From contig CM059431.1 in NCBI GenBank assembly GCA_030390025.1, positions 144,834,001-144,898,000 on the forward strand: a stretch of 64,000 nucleotides of DNA, written 5' to 3'. This DNA is from Squalus acanthias. Lineage: Eukaryota. The notes below the pieces were generated by a model. The model had not been told where the DNA came from. It saw nothing but the letters and a program-made list of their open reading frames with translations, and did no database searches. How positions within the stretch are numbered: position 1 is the first letter of the stretch; every line of letters begins with the position of its first letter. Below are positions 1-13,896 of this stretch, piece by piece. A program made the position numbers and the translations under genes.

Positions 1-3000
1 TGTAACAAGTGTCCCTGTGTACAGTGTGTGTCTCTCCCAGTGAGGAGTCAGACTCTGTAACAAGTGTCCCTGTGTACAGTGTGTGTCTCTCCCAGTGAGG
101 AGTCAGACTCTGTAACAAGTGTCCCTGTGTACAGTGTGTGTCTCTCCCAGTGAGGAGTCAGACTCTGTAACAAGTGTCCCTGTGTACAGTGTGTGTCTCT
201 CCCAGTGAGGAGTCAGACTCTGTAACAAGTGTCCCTGTGTACAGTGTGTGTCTCTCCCAGTGAGGAGTCAGACTCTGTAACAAGTGTCCCTGTGTACAGT
301 GTGTGTCTCTCCCAGTGAGGAGTCAGACTCTGTAACAAGTGTCCCTGTGTACAGTGTGTGTCTCTCCCAGTGAGGAGTCAGACTCTGTAACAAGTGTCCC
401 TGTGTACAGTGTGTGTCTCTCCCAGTGAGGAGTCAGACTCTGTAACAAGTGTCCCTGTGTACAGTGTGTGTCTCTCCCAGTGAGGAGTCAGACTCTGTAA
501 CAAGTGTCCCTGTGTACAGTGTGTGTCTCTCCCAGTGAGGAGTCAGACTCTGTAACAAGTGTCCCTGTGTACAGTGTGTGTCTCTCCCAGTGAGGAGTCA
601 GACTCTGTAACAAGTGTCCCTGTGTACAGTGTGTGTCTCTCCCAGTGAGGAGTCAGACTCTGTAACAAGTGTCCCTGTGTACAGTGTGTGTCTCTCCCAG
701 TGAGGAGTCAGACTCTGTAACAAGTGTCCCTGTGTACAGTGTGTGTCTCTCCCAGTGAGGAGTCAGACTCTGTAACAAGTGTCCCTGTGTACAGTGTGTG
801 TCTCTCCCAGTGAGGAGTCAGACTCTGTAACAAGTGTCCCTGTGTACAGTGTGTGTCTCTCCCAGTGAGGAGTCAGACTCTGTAACAAGTGTCCCTGTGT
901 ACAGTGTGTGTCTCTCCCAGTGAGGAGTCAGACTCTGTAACAAGTGTCCCTGTGTACAGTGTGTGTCTCTCCCAGTGAGGAGTCAGACTCTGTAACAAGT
1001 GTCCCTGTGTACAGTGTGTGTCTCTCCCAGTGAGGAGTCAGACTCTGTAACAAGTGTCCCTGTGTACAGTGTGTGTCTCTCCCAGTGAGGAGTCAGACTC
1101 TGTAACAAGTGTCCCTGTGTACAGTGTGTGTCTCTCCCAGTGAGGAGTCAGACTCTGTAACAAGTGTCCCTGTGTACAGTGTGTGTCTCTCCCAGTGAGG
1201 AGTCAGACTCTGTAACAAGTGTCCCTGTGTACAGTGTGTGTCTCTCCCAGTGAGGAGTCAGACTCTGTAACAAGTGTCCCTGTGTACAGTGTGTGTCTCT
1301 CCCAGTGAGGAGTCAGACTCTGTAACAAGTGTCCCTGTGTACAGTGTGTGTCTCTCCCAGTGAGGAGTCAGACTCTGTAACAAGTGTCCCTGTGTACAGT
1401 GTGTGTCTCTCCCAGTGAGGAGTCAGACTCTGTAACAAGTGTCCCTGTGTACAGTGTGTGTCTCTCCCAGTGAGGAGTCAGACTCTGTAACAAGTGTCCC
1501 TGTGTACAGTGTGTGTCTCTCCCAGTGAGGAGTCAGACTCTGTAACAAGTGTCCCTGTGTACAGTGTGTGTCTCTCCCAGTGAGGAGTCAGACTCTGTAA
1601 CAAGTGTCCCTGTGTACAGTGTGTGTCTCTCCCAGTGAGGAGTCAGACTCTGTAACAAGTGTCCCTGTGTACAGTGTGTGTCTCTCCCAGTGAGGAGTCA
1701 GACTCTGTAACAAGTGTCCCTGTGTACAGTGTGTGTCTCTCCCAGTGAGGAGTCAGACTCTGTAACAAGTGTCCCTGTGTACAGTGTGTGTCTCTCCCAG
1801 TGAGGAGTCAGACTCTGTAACAAGTGTCCCTGTGTACAGTGTGTGTCTCTCCCAGTGAGGAGTCAGACTCTGTAACAAGTGTCCCTGTGTACAGTGTGTG
1901 TCTCTCCCAGTGAGGAGTCAGACTCTGTAACAAGTGTCCCTGTGTACAGTGTGTGTCTCTCCCAGTGAGGAGTCAGACTCTGTAACAAGTGTCCCTGTGT
2001 ACAGTGTGTGTCTCCCAGTGAGGAGTCAGACTCTGTAACAAGTGTCCCTGTGTACAGTGTGTGTCTCTCCCAGTGAGGAGTCAGACTCTGTAACAAGTGT
2101 CCCTGTGTACAGTGTGTGTCTCTCCCAGTGAGGAGTCAGACTCTGTAACAAGTGTCCCTGTGTACAGTGTGTGTCTCTCCCAGTGAGGAGTCAGACTCTG
2201 TAACAAGTGTCCCTGTGTACAGTGTGTGTCTCTCCCAGTGAGGAGTCAGACTCTGTAACAAGTGTCCCTGTGTACAGTGTGTGTCTCTCCCAGTGAGGAG
2301 TCAGACTCTGTAACAAGTGTCCCTGTGTACAGTGTGTGTCTCTCCCAGTGAGGAGTCAGACTCTGTAACAAGTGTCCCTGTGTACAGTGTGTGTCTCTCC
2401 CAGTGAGGAGTCAGACTCTGTAACAAGTGTCCCTGTGTACAGTGTGTGTCTCTCCCAGTGAGGAGTCAGACTCTGTAACAAGTGTCCCTGTGTACAGTGT
2501 GTGTCTCTCCCAGTGAGGAGTCAGACTCTGTAACAAGTGTCCCTGTGTACAGTGTGTGTCTCTCCCAGTGAGGAGTCAGACTCTGTAACAAGTGTCCCTG
2601 TGTACAGTGTGTGTCTCTCCCAGTGAGGAGTCAGACTCTGTAACAAGTGTCCCTGTGTACAGTGTGTGTCTCTCCCAGTGAGGAGTCAGACTCTGTAACA
2701 AGTGTCCCTGTGTACAGTGTGTGTCTCTCCCAGTGAGGAGTCAGACTCTGTAACAAGTGTCCCTGTGTACAGTGTGTGTCTCTCCCAGTGAGGAGTCAGA
2801 CTCTGTAACAAGTGTCCCTGTGTACAGTGTGTGTCTCTCCCAGTGAGGAGTCAGACTCTGTAACAAGTGTCCCTGTGTACAGTGTGTGTCTCTCCCAGTG
2901 AGGAGTCAGACTCTGTAACAAGTGTCCCTGTGTACAGTGTGTGTCTCTCCCAGTGAGGAGTCAGACTCTGTAACAAGTGTCCCTGTGTACAGTGTGTGTC

Positions 3001-6000
3001 TCTCCCAGTGAGGAGTCAGACTCTGTAACAAGTGTCCCTGTGTACAGTGTGTGTCTCTCCCAGTGAGGAGTCAGACTCTGTAACAAGTGTCCCTGTGTAC
3101 AGTGTGTGTCTCTCCCAGTGAGGAGTCAGACTCTGTAACAAGTGTCCCTGTGTACAGTGTGTGTCTCTCCCAGTGAGGAGTCAGACTCTGTAACAAGTGT
3201 CCCTGTGTACAGTGTGTGTCTCTCCCAGTGAGGAGTCAGACTCTGTAACAAGTGTCCCTGTGTACAGTGTGTGTCTCTCCCAGTGAGGAGTCAGACTCTG
3301 TAACAAGTGTCCCTGTGTACAGTGTGTGTCTCTCCCAGTGAGGAGTCAGACTCTGTAACAAGTGTCCCTGTGTACAGTGTGTGTCTCTCCCAGTGAGGAG
3401 TCAGACTCTGTAACAAGTGTCCCTGTGTACAGTGTGTGTCTCTCCCAGTGAGGAGTCAGACTCTGTAACAAGTGTCCCTGTGTACAGTGTGTGTCTCTCC
3501 CAGTGAGGAGTCAGACTCTGTAACAAGTGTCCCTGTGTACAGTGTGTGTCTCTCCCAGTGAGGAGTCAGACTCTGTAACAAGTGTCCCTGTGTACAGTGT
3601 GTGTCTCTCCCAGTGAGGAGTCAGACTCTGTAACAAGTGTCCCTGTGTACAGTGTGTGTCTCTCCCAGTGAGGAGTCAGACTCTGTAACAAGTGTCCCTG
3701 TGTACAGTGTGTGTCTCTCCCAGTGAGGAGTCAGACTCTGTAACAAGTGTCCCTGTGTACAGTGTGTGTCTCTCCAGTGAGGAGTCAGACTCTGTAACAA
3801 GTGTCCCTGTGTACAGTGTGTGTCTCTCCCAGTGAGGAGTCAGACTCTGTAACAAGTGTCCCTGTGTACAGTGTGTGTCTCTCCAGTGAGGAGTCAGACT
3901 CTGTAACAAGTGTCCCTGTGTACAGTGTGTGTCTCTCCCAGTGAGGAGTCAGACTCTGTAACAAGTGTCCCTGTGTACAGTGTGTGTCTCTCCCAGTGAG
4001 GAGTCAGACTCTGTAACAAGTGTCCCTGTGTACAGTGTGTGTCTCTCCCAGTGAGGAGTCAGACTCTGTAACAAGTGTCCCTGTGTACAGTGTGTGTCTC
4101 TCCCAGTGAGGAGTCAGACTCTGTAACAAGTGTCCCTGTGTACAGTGTGTGTCTCTCCCAGTGAGGAGTCAGACTCTGTAACAAGTGTCCCTGTGTACAG
4201 TGTGTGTCTCTCCCAGTGAGGAGTCAGACTCTGTAACAAGTGTCCCTGTGTACAGTGTGTGTCTCTCCCAGTGAGGAGTCAGACTCTGTAACAAGTGTCC
4301 CTGTGTACAGTGTGTGTCTCTCCCAGTGAGGAGTCAGACTCTGTAACAAGTGTCCCTGTGTACAGTGTGTGTCTCTCCCAGTGAGGAGTCAGACTCTGTA
4401 ACAAGTGTCCCTGTGTACAGTGTGTGTCTCTCCCAGTGAGGAGTCAGACTCTGTAACAAGTGTCCCTGTGTACAGTGTGTGTCTCTCCAGTGAGGAGTCA
4501 GACTCTGTAACAAGTGTCCCTGTGTACAGTGTGTGTCTCTCCCAGTGAGGAGTCAGACTCTGTAACAAGTGTCCCTGTGTACAGTGTGTGTCTCTCCCAG
4601 TGAGGAGTCAGACTCTGTAACAAGTGTCCCTGTGTACAGTGTGTGTCTCTCCCAGTGAGGAGTCAGACTCTGTAACAAGTGTCCCTGTGTACAGTGTGTG
4701 TCTCTCCCAGTGAGGAGTCAGACTCTGTAACAAGTGTCCCTGTGTACAGTGTGTGTCTCTCCCAGTGAGGAGTCAGACTCTGTAACAAGTGTCCCTGTGT
4801 ACAGTGTGTGTCTCTCCCAGTGAGGAGTCAGACTCTGTAACAAGTGTCCCTGTGTACAGTGTGTGTCTCTCCCAGTGAGGAGTCAGACTCTGTAACAAGT
4901 GTCCCTGTGTACAGTGTGTGTCTCTCCCAGTGAGGAGTCAGACTCTGTAACAAGTGTCCCTGTGTACAGTGTGTGTCTCTCCCAGTGAGGAGTCAGACTC
5001 TGTAACAAGTGTCCCTGTGTACAGTGTGTGTCTCTCCCAGTGAGGAGTCAGACTCTGTAACAAGTGTCCCTGTGTACAGTGTGTGTCTCTCCCAGTGAGG
5101 AGTCAGACTCTGTAACAAGTGTCCCTGTGTACAGTGTGTGTCTCTCCCAGTGAGGAGTCAGACTCTGTAACAAGTGTCCCTGTGTACAGTGTGTGTCTCT
5201 CCCAGTGAGGAGTCAGACTCTGTAACAAGTGTCCCTGTGTACAGTGTGTGTCTCCCAGTGAGGAGTCAGACTCTGTAACAAGTGTCCCTGTGTACAGTGT
5301 GTGTCTCTCCCAGTGAGGAGTCAGACTCTGTAACAAGTGTCCCTGTGTACAGTGTGTGTCTCTCCCAGTGAGGAGTCAGACTCTGTAACAAGTGTCCCTG
5401 TGTACAGTGTGTGTCTCTCCCAGTGAGGAGTCAGACTCTGTAACAAGTGTCCCTGTGTACAGTGTGTGTCTCTCCCAGTGAGGAGTCAGACTCTGTAACA
5501 AGTGTCCCTGTGTACAGTGTGTGTCTCTCCCAGTGAGGAGTCAGACTCTGTAACAAGTGTCCCTGTGTACAGTGTGTGTCTCCCAGTGAGGAGTCAGACT
5601 CTGTAACAAGTGTCCCTGTGTACAGTGTGTGTCTCTCCCAGTGAGGAGTCAGACTCTGTAACAAGTGTCCCTGTGTACAGTGTGTGTCTCTCCCAGTGAG
5701 GAGTCAGACTCTGTAACAAGTGTCCCTGTGTACAGTGTGTGTCTCTCCCAGTGAGGAGTCAGACTCTGTAACAAGTGTCCCTGTGTACAGTGTGTGTCTC
5801 TCCCAGTGAGGAGTCAGACTCTGTAACAAGTGTCCCTGTGTACAGTGTGTGTCTCTCCCAGTGAGGAGTCAGACTCTGTAACAAGTGTCCCTGTGTACAG
5901 TGTGTGTCTCTCCCAGTGAGGAGTCAGACTCTGTAACAAGTGTCCCTGTGTACAGTGTGTGTCTCTCCCAGTGAGGAGTCAGACTCTGTAACAAGTGTCC

Positions 6001-9000
6001 CTGTGTACAGTGTGTGTCTCTCCAGTGAGGAGTCAGACTCTGTAACAAGTGTCCCTGTGTACAGTGTGTGTCTCTCCCAGTGAGGAGTCAGACTCTGTAA
6101 CAAGTGTCCCTGTGTACAGTGTGTGTCTCTCCCAGTGAGGAGTCAGACTCTGTAACAAGTGTCCCTGTGTACAGTGTGTGTCTCTCCCAGTGAGGAGTCA
6201 GACTCTGTAACAAGTGTCCCTGTGTACAGTGTGTGTCTCTCCCAGTGAGGAGTCAGACTCTGTAACAAGTGTCCCTGTGTACAGTGTGTGTCTCTCCCAG
6301 TGAGGAGTCAGACTCTGTAACAAGTGTCCCTGTGTACAGTGTGTGTCTCTCCCAGTGAGGAGTCAGACTCTGTAACAAGTGTCCCTGTGTACAGTGTGTG
6401 TCTCTCCCAGTGAGGAGTCAGACTCTGTAACAAGTGTCCCTGTGTACAGTGTGTGTCTCTCCCAGTGAGGAGTCAGACTCTGTAACAAGTGTCCCTGTGT
6501 ACAGTGTGTGTCTCTCCCAGTGAGGAGTCAGACTCTGTAACAAGTGTCCCTGTGTACAGTGTGTGTCTCTCCCAGTGAGGAGTCAGACTCTGTAACAAGT
6601 GTCCCTGTGTACAGTGTGTCTCTCCCAGTGAGGAGTCAGACTCTGTAACAAGTGTCCCTGTGTACAGTGTGTGTCTCTCCCAGTGAGGAGTCAGACTCTG
6701 TAACAAGTGTCCCTGTGTACAGTGTGTGTCTCTCCCAGTGAGGAGTCAGACTCTGTAACAAGTGTCCCTGTGTACAGTGTGTGTCTCTCCCAGTGAGGAG
6801 TCAGACTCTGTAACAAGTGTCCCTGTGTACAGTGTGTGTCTCTCCCAGTGAGGAGTCAGACTCTGTAACAAGTGTCCCTGTGTACAGTGTGTGTCTCTCC
6901 CAGTGAGGAGTCAGACTCTGTAACAAGTGTCCCTGTGTACAGTGTGTGTCTCTCCCAGTGAGGAGTCAGACTCTGTAACAATTTTCCCTGTGTGCAGTGT
7001 ATGTCTCTCCAGTGAGGAGTCAGACTCTGTAACAAGTGTCCCTGTGTACAGTGTGTGTCTCTCCCAGTGAGGAGTCAGACTCTGTAACAAGTGTCCCTGT
7101 GTACAGTGTGTGTCTCTCCCAGTGAGGAGTCAGACTCTGTAACAAGTGTCCCTGTGTACAGTGTGTGTCTCTCCCAGTGAGGAGTCAGACTCTGTAACAA
7201 GTGTCCCTGTGTACAGTGTGTGTCTCTCCCAGTGAGGAGTCAGACTCTGTAACAAGTGTCCCTGTGTACAGTGTGTGTCTCTCCCAGTGAGGAGTCAGAC
7301 TCTGTAACAAGTGTCCCTGTGTACAGTGTGTGTCTCTCCCAGTGAGGAGTCAGACTCTGTAACAAGTGTCCCTGTGTACAGTGTGTGTCTCTCCCAGTGA
7401 GGAGTCAGACTCTGTAACAAGTGTCCCTGTGTACAGTGTGTGTCTCTCCCAGTGAGGAGTCAGACTCTGTAACAAGTGTCCCTGTGTACAGTGTGTGTCT
7501 CTCCCAGTGAGGAGTCAGACTCTGTAACAAGTGTCCCTGTGTACAGTGTGTGTCTCTCCCAGTGAGGAGTCAGACTCTGTAACAAGTGTCCCTGTGTACA
7601 GTGTGTGTCTCTCCCAGTGAGGAGTCAGACTCTGTAACAAGTGTCCCTGTGTACAGTGTGTGTCTCTCCCAGTGAGGAGTCAGACTCTGTAACAAGTGTC
7701 CCTGTGTACAGTGTGTGTCTCTCCCAGTGAGGAGTCAGACTCTGTAACAAGTGTCCCTGTGTACAGTGTGTGTCTCTCCCAGTGAGGAGTCAGACTCTGT
7801 AACAAGTGTCCCTGTGTACAGTGTGTGTCTCTCCCAGTGAGGAGTCAGACTCTGTAACAAGTGTCCCTGTGTACAGTGTGTGTCTCTCCCAGTGAGGAGT
7901 CAGACTCTGTAACAAGTGTCCCTGTGTACAGTGTGTGTCTCTCCCAGTGAGGAGTCAGACTCTGTAACAAGTGTCCCTGTGTACAGTGTGTGTCTCTCCC
8001 AGTGAGGAGTCAGACTCTGTAACAAGTGTCCCTGTGTACAGTGTGTGTCTCTCCCAGTGAGGAGTCAGACTCTGTAACAAGTGTCCCTGTGTACAGTGTG
8101 TGTCTCTCCCAGTGAGGAGTCAGACTCTGTAACAAGTGTCCCTGTGTACAGTGTGTGTCTCTCCCAGTGAGGAGTCAGACTCTGTAACAAGTGTCCCTGT
8201 GTACAGTGTGTGTCTCTCCCAGTGAGGAGTCAGACTCTGTAACAAGTGTCCCTGTGTACAGTGTGTGTCTCTCCCAGTGAGGAGTCAGACTCTGTAACAA
8301 GTGTCCCTGTGTACAGTGTGTGTCTCTCCCAGTGAGGAGTCAGACTCTGTAACAAGTGTCCCTGTGTACAGTGTGTGTCTCTCCCAGTGAGGAGTCAGAC
8401 TCTGTAACAAGTGTCCCTGTGTACAGTGTGTGTCTCTCCAGTGAGGAGTCAGACTCTGTAACAAGTGTCCCTGTGTACAGTGTGTGTCTCTCCCAGTGAG
8501 GAGTCAGACTCTGTAACAAGTGTCCCTGTGTACAGTGTGTGTCTCTCCCAGTGAGGAGTCAGACTCTGTAACAAGTGTCCCTGTGTACAGTGTGTGTCTC
8601 TCCCAGTGAGGAGTCAGACTCTGTAACAAGTGTCCCTGTGTACAGTGTGTGTCTCTCCCAGTGAGGAGTCAGACTCTGTAACAAGTGTCCCTGTGTACAG
8701 TGTGTGTCTCTCCAGTGAGGAGTCAGACTCTGTAACAAGTGTCCCTGTGTACAGTGTGTGTCTCTCCCAGTGAGGAGTCAGACTCTGTAACAAGTGTCCC
8801 TGTGTACAGTGTGTGTCTCTCCCAGTGAGGAGTCAGACTCTGTAACAAGTGTCCCTGTGTACAGTGTGTGTCTCTCCCAGTGAGGAGTCAGACTCTGTAA
8901 CAAGTGTCCCTGTGTACAGTGTGTGTCTCTCCAGTGAGGAGTCAGACTCTGTAACAAGTGTCCCTGTGTACAGTGTGTGTCTCTCCCAGTGAGGAGTCAG

Positions 9001-12000
9001 ACTCTGTAACAAGTGTCCCTGTGTACAGTGTGTGTCTCTCCCAGTGAGGAGTCAGACTCTGTAACAAGTGTCCCTGTGTACAGTGTGTGTCTCTCCCAGT
9101 GAGGAGTCAGACTCTGTAACAAGTGTCCCTGTGTACAGTGTGTGTCTCTCCCAGTGAGGAGTCAGACTCTGTAACAAGTGTCCCTGTGTACAGTGTGTGT
9201 CTCTCCCAGTGAGGAGTCAGACTCTGTAACAAGTGTCCCTGTGTACAGTGTGTGTCTCTCCCAGTGAGGAGTCAGACTCTGTAACAAGTGTCCCTGTGTA
9301 CAGTGTGTGTCTCTCCCAGTGAGGAGTCAGACTCTGTAACAAGTGTCCCTGTGTACAGTGTGTGTCTCTCCCAGTGAGGAGTCAGACTCTGTAACAAGTG
9401 TCCCTGTGTACAGTGTGTGTCTCTCCAGTGAGGAGTCAGACTCTGTAACAAGTGTCCCTGTGTACAGTGTGTGTCTCTCCCAGTGAGGAGTCAGACTCTG
9501 TAACAAGTGTCCCTGTGTACAGTGTGTGTCTCTCCCAGTGAGGAGTCAGACTCTGTAACAAGTGTCCCTGTGTACAGTGTGTGTCTCTCCCAGTGAGGAG
9601 TCAGACTCTGTAACAAGTGTCCCTGTGTACAGTGTGTGTCTCTCCCAGTGAGGAGTCAGACTCTGTAACAAGTGTCCCTGTGTACAGTGTGTGTCTCTCC
9701 CAGTGAGGAGTCAGACTCTGTAACAAGTGTCCCTGTGTACAGTGTGTGTCTCTCCCAGTGAGGAGTCAGACTCTGTAACAAGTGTCCCTGTGTACAGTGT
9801 GTGTCTCTCCCAGTGAGGAGTCAGACTCTGTAACAAGTGTCCCTGTGTACAGTGTGTGTCTCTCCCAGTGAGGAGTCAGACTCTGTAACAAGTGTCCCTG
9901 TGTACAGTGTGTGTCTCTCCCAGTGAGGAGTCAGACTCTGTAACAAGTGTCCCTGTGTACAGTGTGTGTCTCTCCCAGTGAGGAGTCAGACTCTGTAACA
10001 AGTGTCCCTGTGTACAGTGTGTGTCTCTCCCAGTGAGGAGTCAGACTCTGTAACAAGTGTCCCTGTGTACAGTGTGTGTCTCTCCCAGTGAGGAGTCAGA
10101 CTCTGTAACAAGTGTCCCTGTGTACAGTGTGTGTCTCTCCAGTGAGGAGTCAGACTCTGTAACAAGTGTCCCTGTGTACAGTGTGTGTCTCTCCCAGTGA
10201 GGAGTCAGACTCTGTAACAAGTGTCCCTGTGTACAGTGTGTGTCTCTCCCAGTGAGGAGTCAGACTCTGTAACAAGTGTCCCTGTGTACAGTGTGTGTCT
10301 CTCCCAGTGAGGAGTCAGACTCTGTAACAAGTGTCCCTGTGTACAGTGTGTGTCTCTCCCAGTGAGGAGTCAGACTCTGTAACAAGTGTCCCTGTGTACA
10401 GTGTGTGTCTCTCCCAGTGAGGAGTCAGACTCTGTAACAAGTGTCCCTGTGTACAGTGTGTGTCTCTCCCAGTGAGGAGTCAGACTCTGTAACAAGTGTC
10501 CCTGTGTACAGTGTGTGTCTCTCCCAGTGAGGAGTCAGACTCTGTAACAAGTGTCCCTGTGTACAGTGTGTGTCTCTCCCAGTGAGGAGTCAGACTCTGT
10601 AACAAGTGTCCCTGTGTACAGTGTGTGTCTCTCCCAGTGAGGAGTCAGACTCTGTAACAAGTGTCCCTGTGTACAGTGTGTGTCTCTCCCAGTGAGGAGT
10701 CAGACTCTGTAACAAGTGTCCCTGTGTACAGTGTGTGTCTCTCCAGTGAGGAGTCAGACTCTGTAACAAGTGTCCCTGTGTACAGTGTGTGTCTCTCCCA
10801 GTGAGGAGTCAGACTCTGTAACAAGTGTCCCTGTGTACAGTGTGTGTCTCTCCCAGTGAGGAGTCAGACTCTGTAACAAGTGTCCCTGTGTACAGTGTGT
10901 GTCTCTCCCAGTGAGGAGTCAGACTCTGTAACAAGTGTCCCTGTGTACAGTGTGTGTCTCTCCCAGTGAGGAGTCAGACTCTGTAACAAGTGTCCCTGTG
11001 TACAGTGTGTGTCTCTCCCAGTGAGGAGTCAGACTCTGTAACAAGTGTCCCTGTGTACAGTGTGTGTCTCTCCCAGTGAGGAGTCAGACTCTGTAACAAG
11101 TGTCCCTGTGTACAGTGTGTGTCTCTCCCAGTGAGGAGTCAGACTCTGTAACAAGTGTCCCTGTGTACAGTGTGTGTCTCTCCCAGTGAGGAGTCAGACT
11201 CTGTAACAAGTGTCCCTGTGTACAGTGTGTGTCTCTCCCAGTGAGGAGTCAGACTCTGTAACAAGTGTCCCTGTGTACAGTGTGTGTCTCTCCCAGTGAG
11301 GAGTCAGACTCTGTAACAAGTGTCCCTGTGTACAGTGTGTGTCTCTCCCAGTGAGGAGTCAGACTCTGTAACAAGTGTCCCTGTGTACAGTGTGTGTCTC
11401 TCCCAGTGAGGAGTCAGACTCTGTAACAAGTGTCCCTGTGTACAGTGTGTGTCTCAGTGAGGAGTCAGACTCTGTAACAAGTGTCCCTGTGTACAGTGTG
11501 TGTCTCTCCCAGTGAGGAGTCAGACTCTGTAACAAGTGTCCCTGTGTACAGTGTGTGTCTCTCCCAGTGAGGAGTCAGACTCTGTAACAAGTGTCCCTGT
11601 GTACAGTGTGTCTCTCCCAGTGAGGAGTCAGACTCTGTAACAAGTGTCCCTGTGTACAGTGTGTGTCTCTCCCAGTGAGGAGTCAGACTCTGTAACAAGT
11701 GTCCCTGTGTACAGTGTGTGTCTCTCCCAGTGAGGAGTCAGACTCTGTAACAAGTGTCCCTGTGTACAGTGTGTGTCTCTCCCAGTGAGGAGTCAGACTC
11801 TGTAACAAGTGTCCCTGTGTGCAGTGTATGTCTCTCCAGTGAGGAGTCAGACTCTGTAACAAGTGTCCCTGTGTACAGTGTGTGTCTCTCCCAGTGAGGA
11901 GTCAGACTCTGTAACAAGTGTCCCTGTGTACAGTGTGTGTCTCTCCCAGTGAGGAGTCAGACTCTGTAACAAGTGTCCCTGTGTACAGTGTGTGTCTCTC

Positions 12001-13696
12001 CCAGTGAGGAGTCAGACTCTGTAACAAGTGTCCCTGTGTACAGTGTGTCTCTCCCAGTGAGGAGTCAGACTCTGTAACAAGTGTCCCTGTGTACAGTGTG
12101 TGTCTCTCCCAGTGAGGAGTCAGACTCTGTAACAAGTGTCCCTGTGTACAGTGTGTGTCTCTCCCAGTGAGGAGTCAGACTCTGTAACAAGTGTCCCTGT
12201 GTACAGTGTGTGTCTCTCCCAGTGAGGAGTCAGACTCTGTAACAAGTGTCCCTGTGTACAGTGTGTGTCTCTCCCAGTGAGGAGTCAGACTCTGTAACAA
12301 GTGTCCCTGTGTACAGTGTGTCTCTCCCAGTGAGGAGTCAGACTCTGTAACAAGTGTCCCTGTGTACAGTGTGTGTCTCTCCCAGTGAGGAGTCAGACTC
12401 TGTAACAAGTGTCCCTGTGTACAGTGTGTGTCTCTCCCAGTGAGGAGTCAGACTCTGTAACAAGTGTCCCTGTGTACAGTGTGTGTCTCTCCCAGTGAGG
12501 AGTCAGACTCTGTAACAAGTGTCCCTGTGTACAGTGTGTGTCTCTCCCAGTGAGGAGTCAGACTCTGTAACAAGTGTCCCTGTGTACAGTGTGTGTCTCT
12601 CCCAGTGAGGAGTCAGACTCTGTAACAAGTGTCCCTGTGTACAGTGTGTGTCTCTCCCAGTGAGGAGTCAGACTCTGTAACAAGTGTCCCTGTGTACAGT
12701 GTGTGTCTCTCCCAGTGAGGAGTCAGACTCTGTAACAAGTGTCCCTGTGTACAGTGTGTGTCCTCCCAGTGAGGAGTCAGACTCTGTAACAAGTGTCCCT
12801 GTGTACAGTGTGTGTCTCTCCCAGTGAGGAGTCAGACTCTGTAACAAGTGTCCCTGTGTACAGTGTGTGTCTCTCCCAGTGAGGAGTCAGACTCTGTAAC
12901 AAGTGTCCCTGTGTACAGTGTGTGTCTCTCCCAGTGAGGAGTCAGACTCTGTAACAAGTATCCCTGTGTACAGTGTGTGTCTCTCCCAGTGAGGAGTCAG
13001 ACTCTGTAACAAGTGTCCCTGTGTACAGTGTGTGTCTCTCCCAGTGAGGAGTCAGACTCTGTAACAAGTGTCCCTGTGTACAGTGTGTGTCTCTCCCAGT
13101 GAGGAGTCAGACTCTGTAACAAGTGTCCCTGTGTACAGTGTGTGTCTCTCCCAGTGAGGAGTCAGACTCTGTAACAAGTGTCCCTGTGTACAGTGTGTGT
13201 CTCTCCCAGTGAGGAGTCAGACTCTGTAACAAGTGTCCCTGTGTACAGTGTGTGTCTCCCAGTGAGGAGTCAGACTCTGTAACAAGTGTCCCTGTGTACA
13301 GTGTGTGTCTCTCCCAGTGAGGAGTCAGACTCTGTAACAAGTGTCCCTGTGTACAGTGTGTGTCTCCCAGTGAGGAGTCAGACTCTGTAACAAGTGTCCC
13401 TGTGTACAGTGTGTGTCTCCCCAGTGAGGAGTCAGACTCTGTAACAAGTGTCCCTGTGTACAGTGTGTGTCTCCCAGTGAGGAGTCAGACTCTGTAACAA
13501 GTGTCCCTGTGTACAGTGTGTGTCTCTCCCAGTGAGGAGTCAGACTCTGTAACAAGTGTCCCTGTGTACAGTGTGTGTCTCCCAGTGAGGAGTCAGACTC
13601 TGTAACAAGTGTCCTGTGTACAGTGTGTGTCTCTCCCAGTGAGGAGTCAGACTCTGTAACAAGTGTACCTGTGTACAGTGTGTCTCTCCCAGTGAG
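1..13696. repeat. Highly homogeneous 55-bp tandem satellite (~249 units), running off the left edge and into the gap
   Basis: Unit TGTAACAAGTGTCCCTGTGTACAGTGTGTGTCTCTCCCAGTGAGGAGTCAGACTC repeated head-to-tail. Variation is almost only 1-2 bp indels in the CCC/(GT)n/(CT)n runs. Confidence 0.99.
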
Positions 13697-13896
13697 NNNN
13701 NNNNNNNNNNNNNNNNNNNNNNNNNNNNNNNNNNNNNNNNNNNNNNNNNNNNNNNNNNNNNNNNNNNNNNNNNNNNNNNNNNNNNNNNNNNNNNNNNNNN
13801 NNNNNNNNNNNNNNNNNNNNNNNNNNNNNNNNNNNNNNNNNNNNNNNNNNNNNNNNNNNNNNNNNNNNNNNNNNNNNNNNNNNNNNNNNNNNNNNN
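13697..13896. other. Assembly gap (exactly 200 N)
   Basis: Run of 200 N between two unrelated tandem arrays. The round number suggests a scaffolding placeholder of unknown true size. Confidence 0.99.

Noticed and set aside
1..55. V(D)J recombination signal-like TACAGTG/CCCAGTG in the 55-bp unit
   Set aside because: The essential CAC of the heptamer is missing, and there is no nonamer at 12 or 23 bp.
1863..13340. Repeated 77-aa minus-strand ORFs
   Set aside because: They arise only where small indels in the 55-bp satellite bypass the periodic stop codons. They are not genes.
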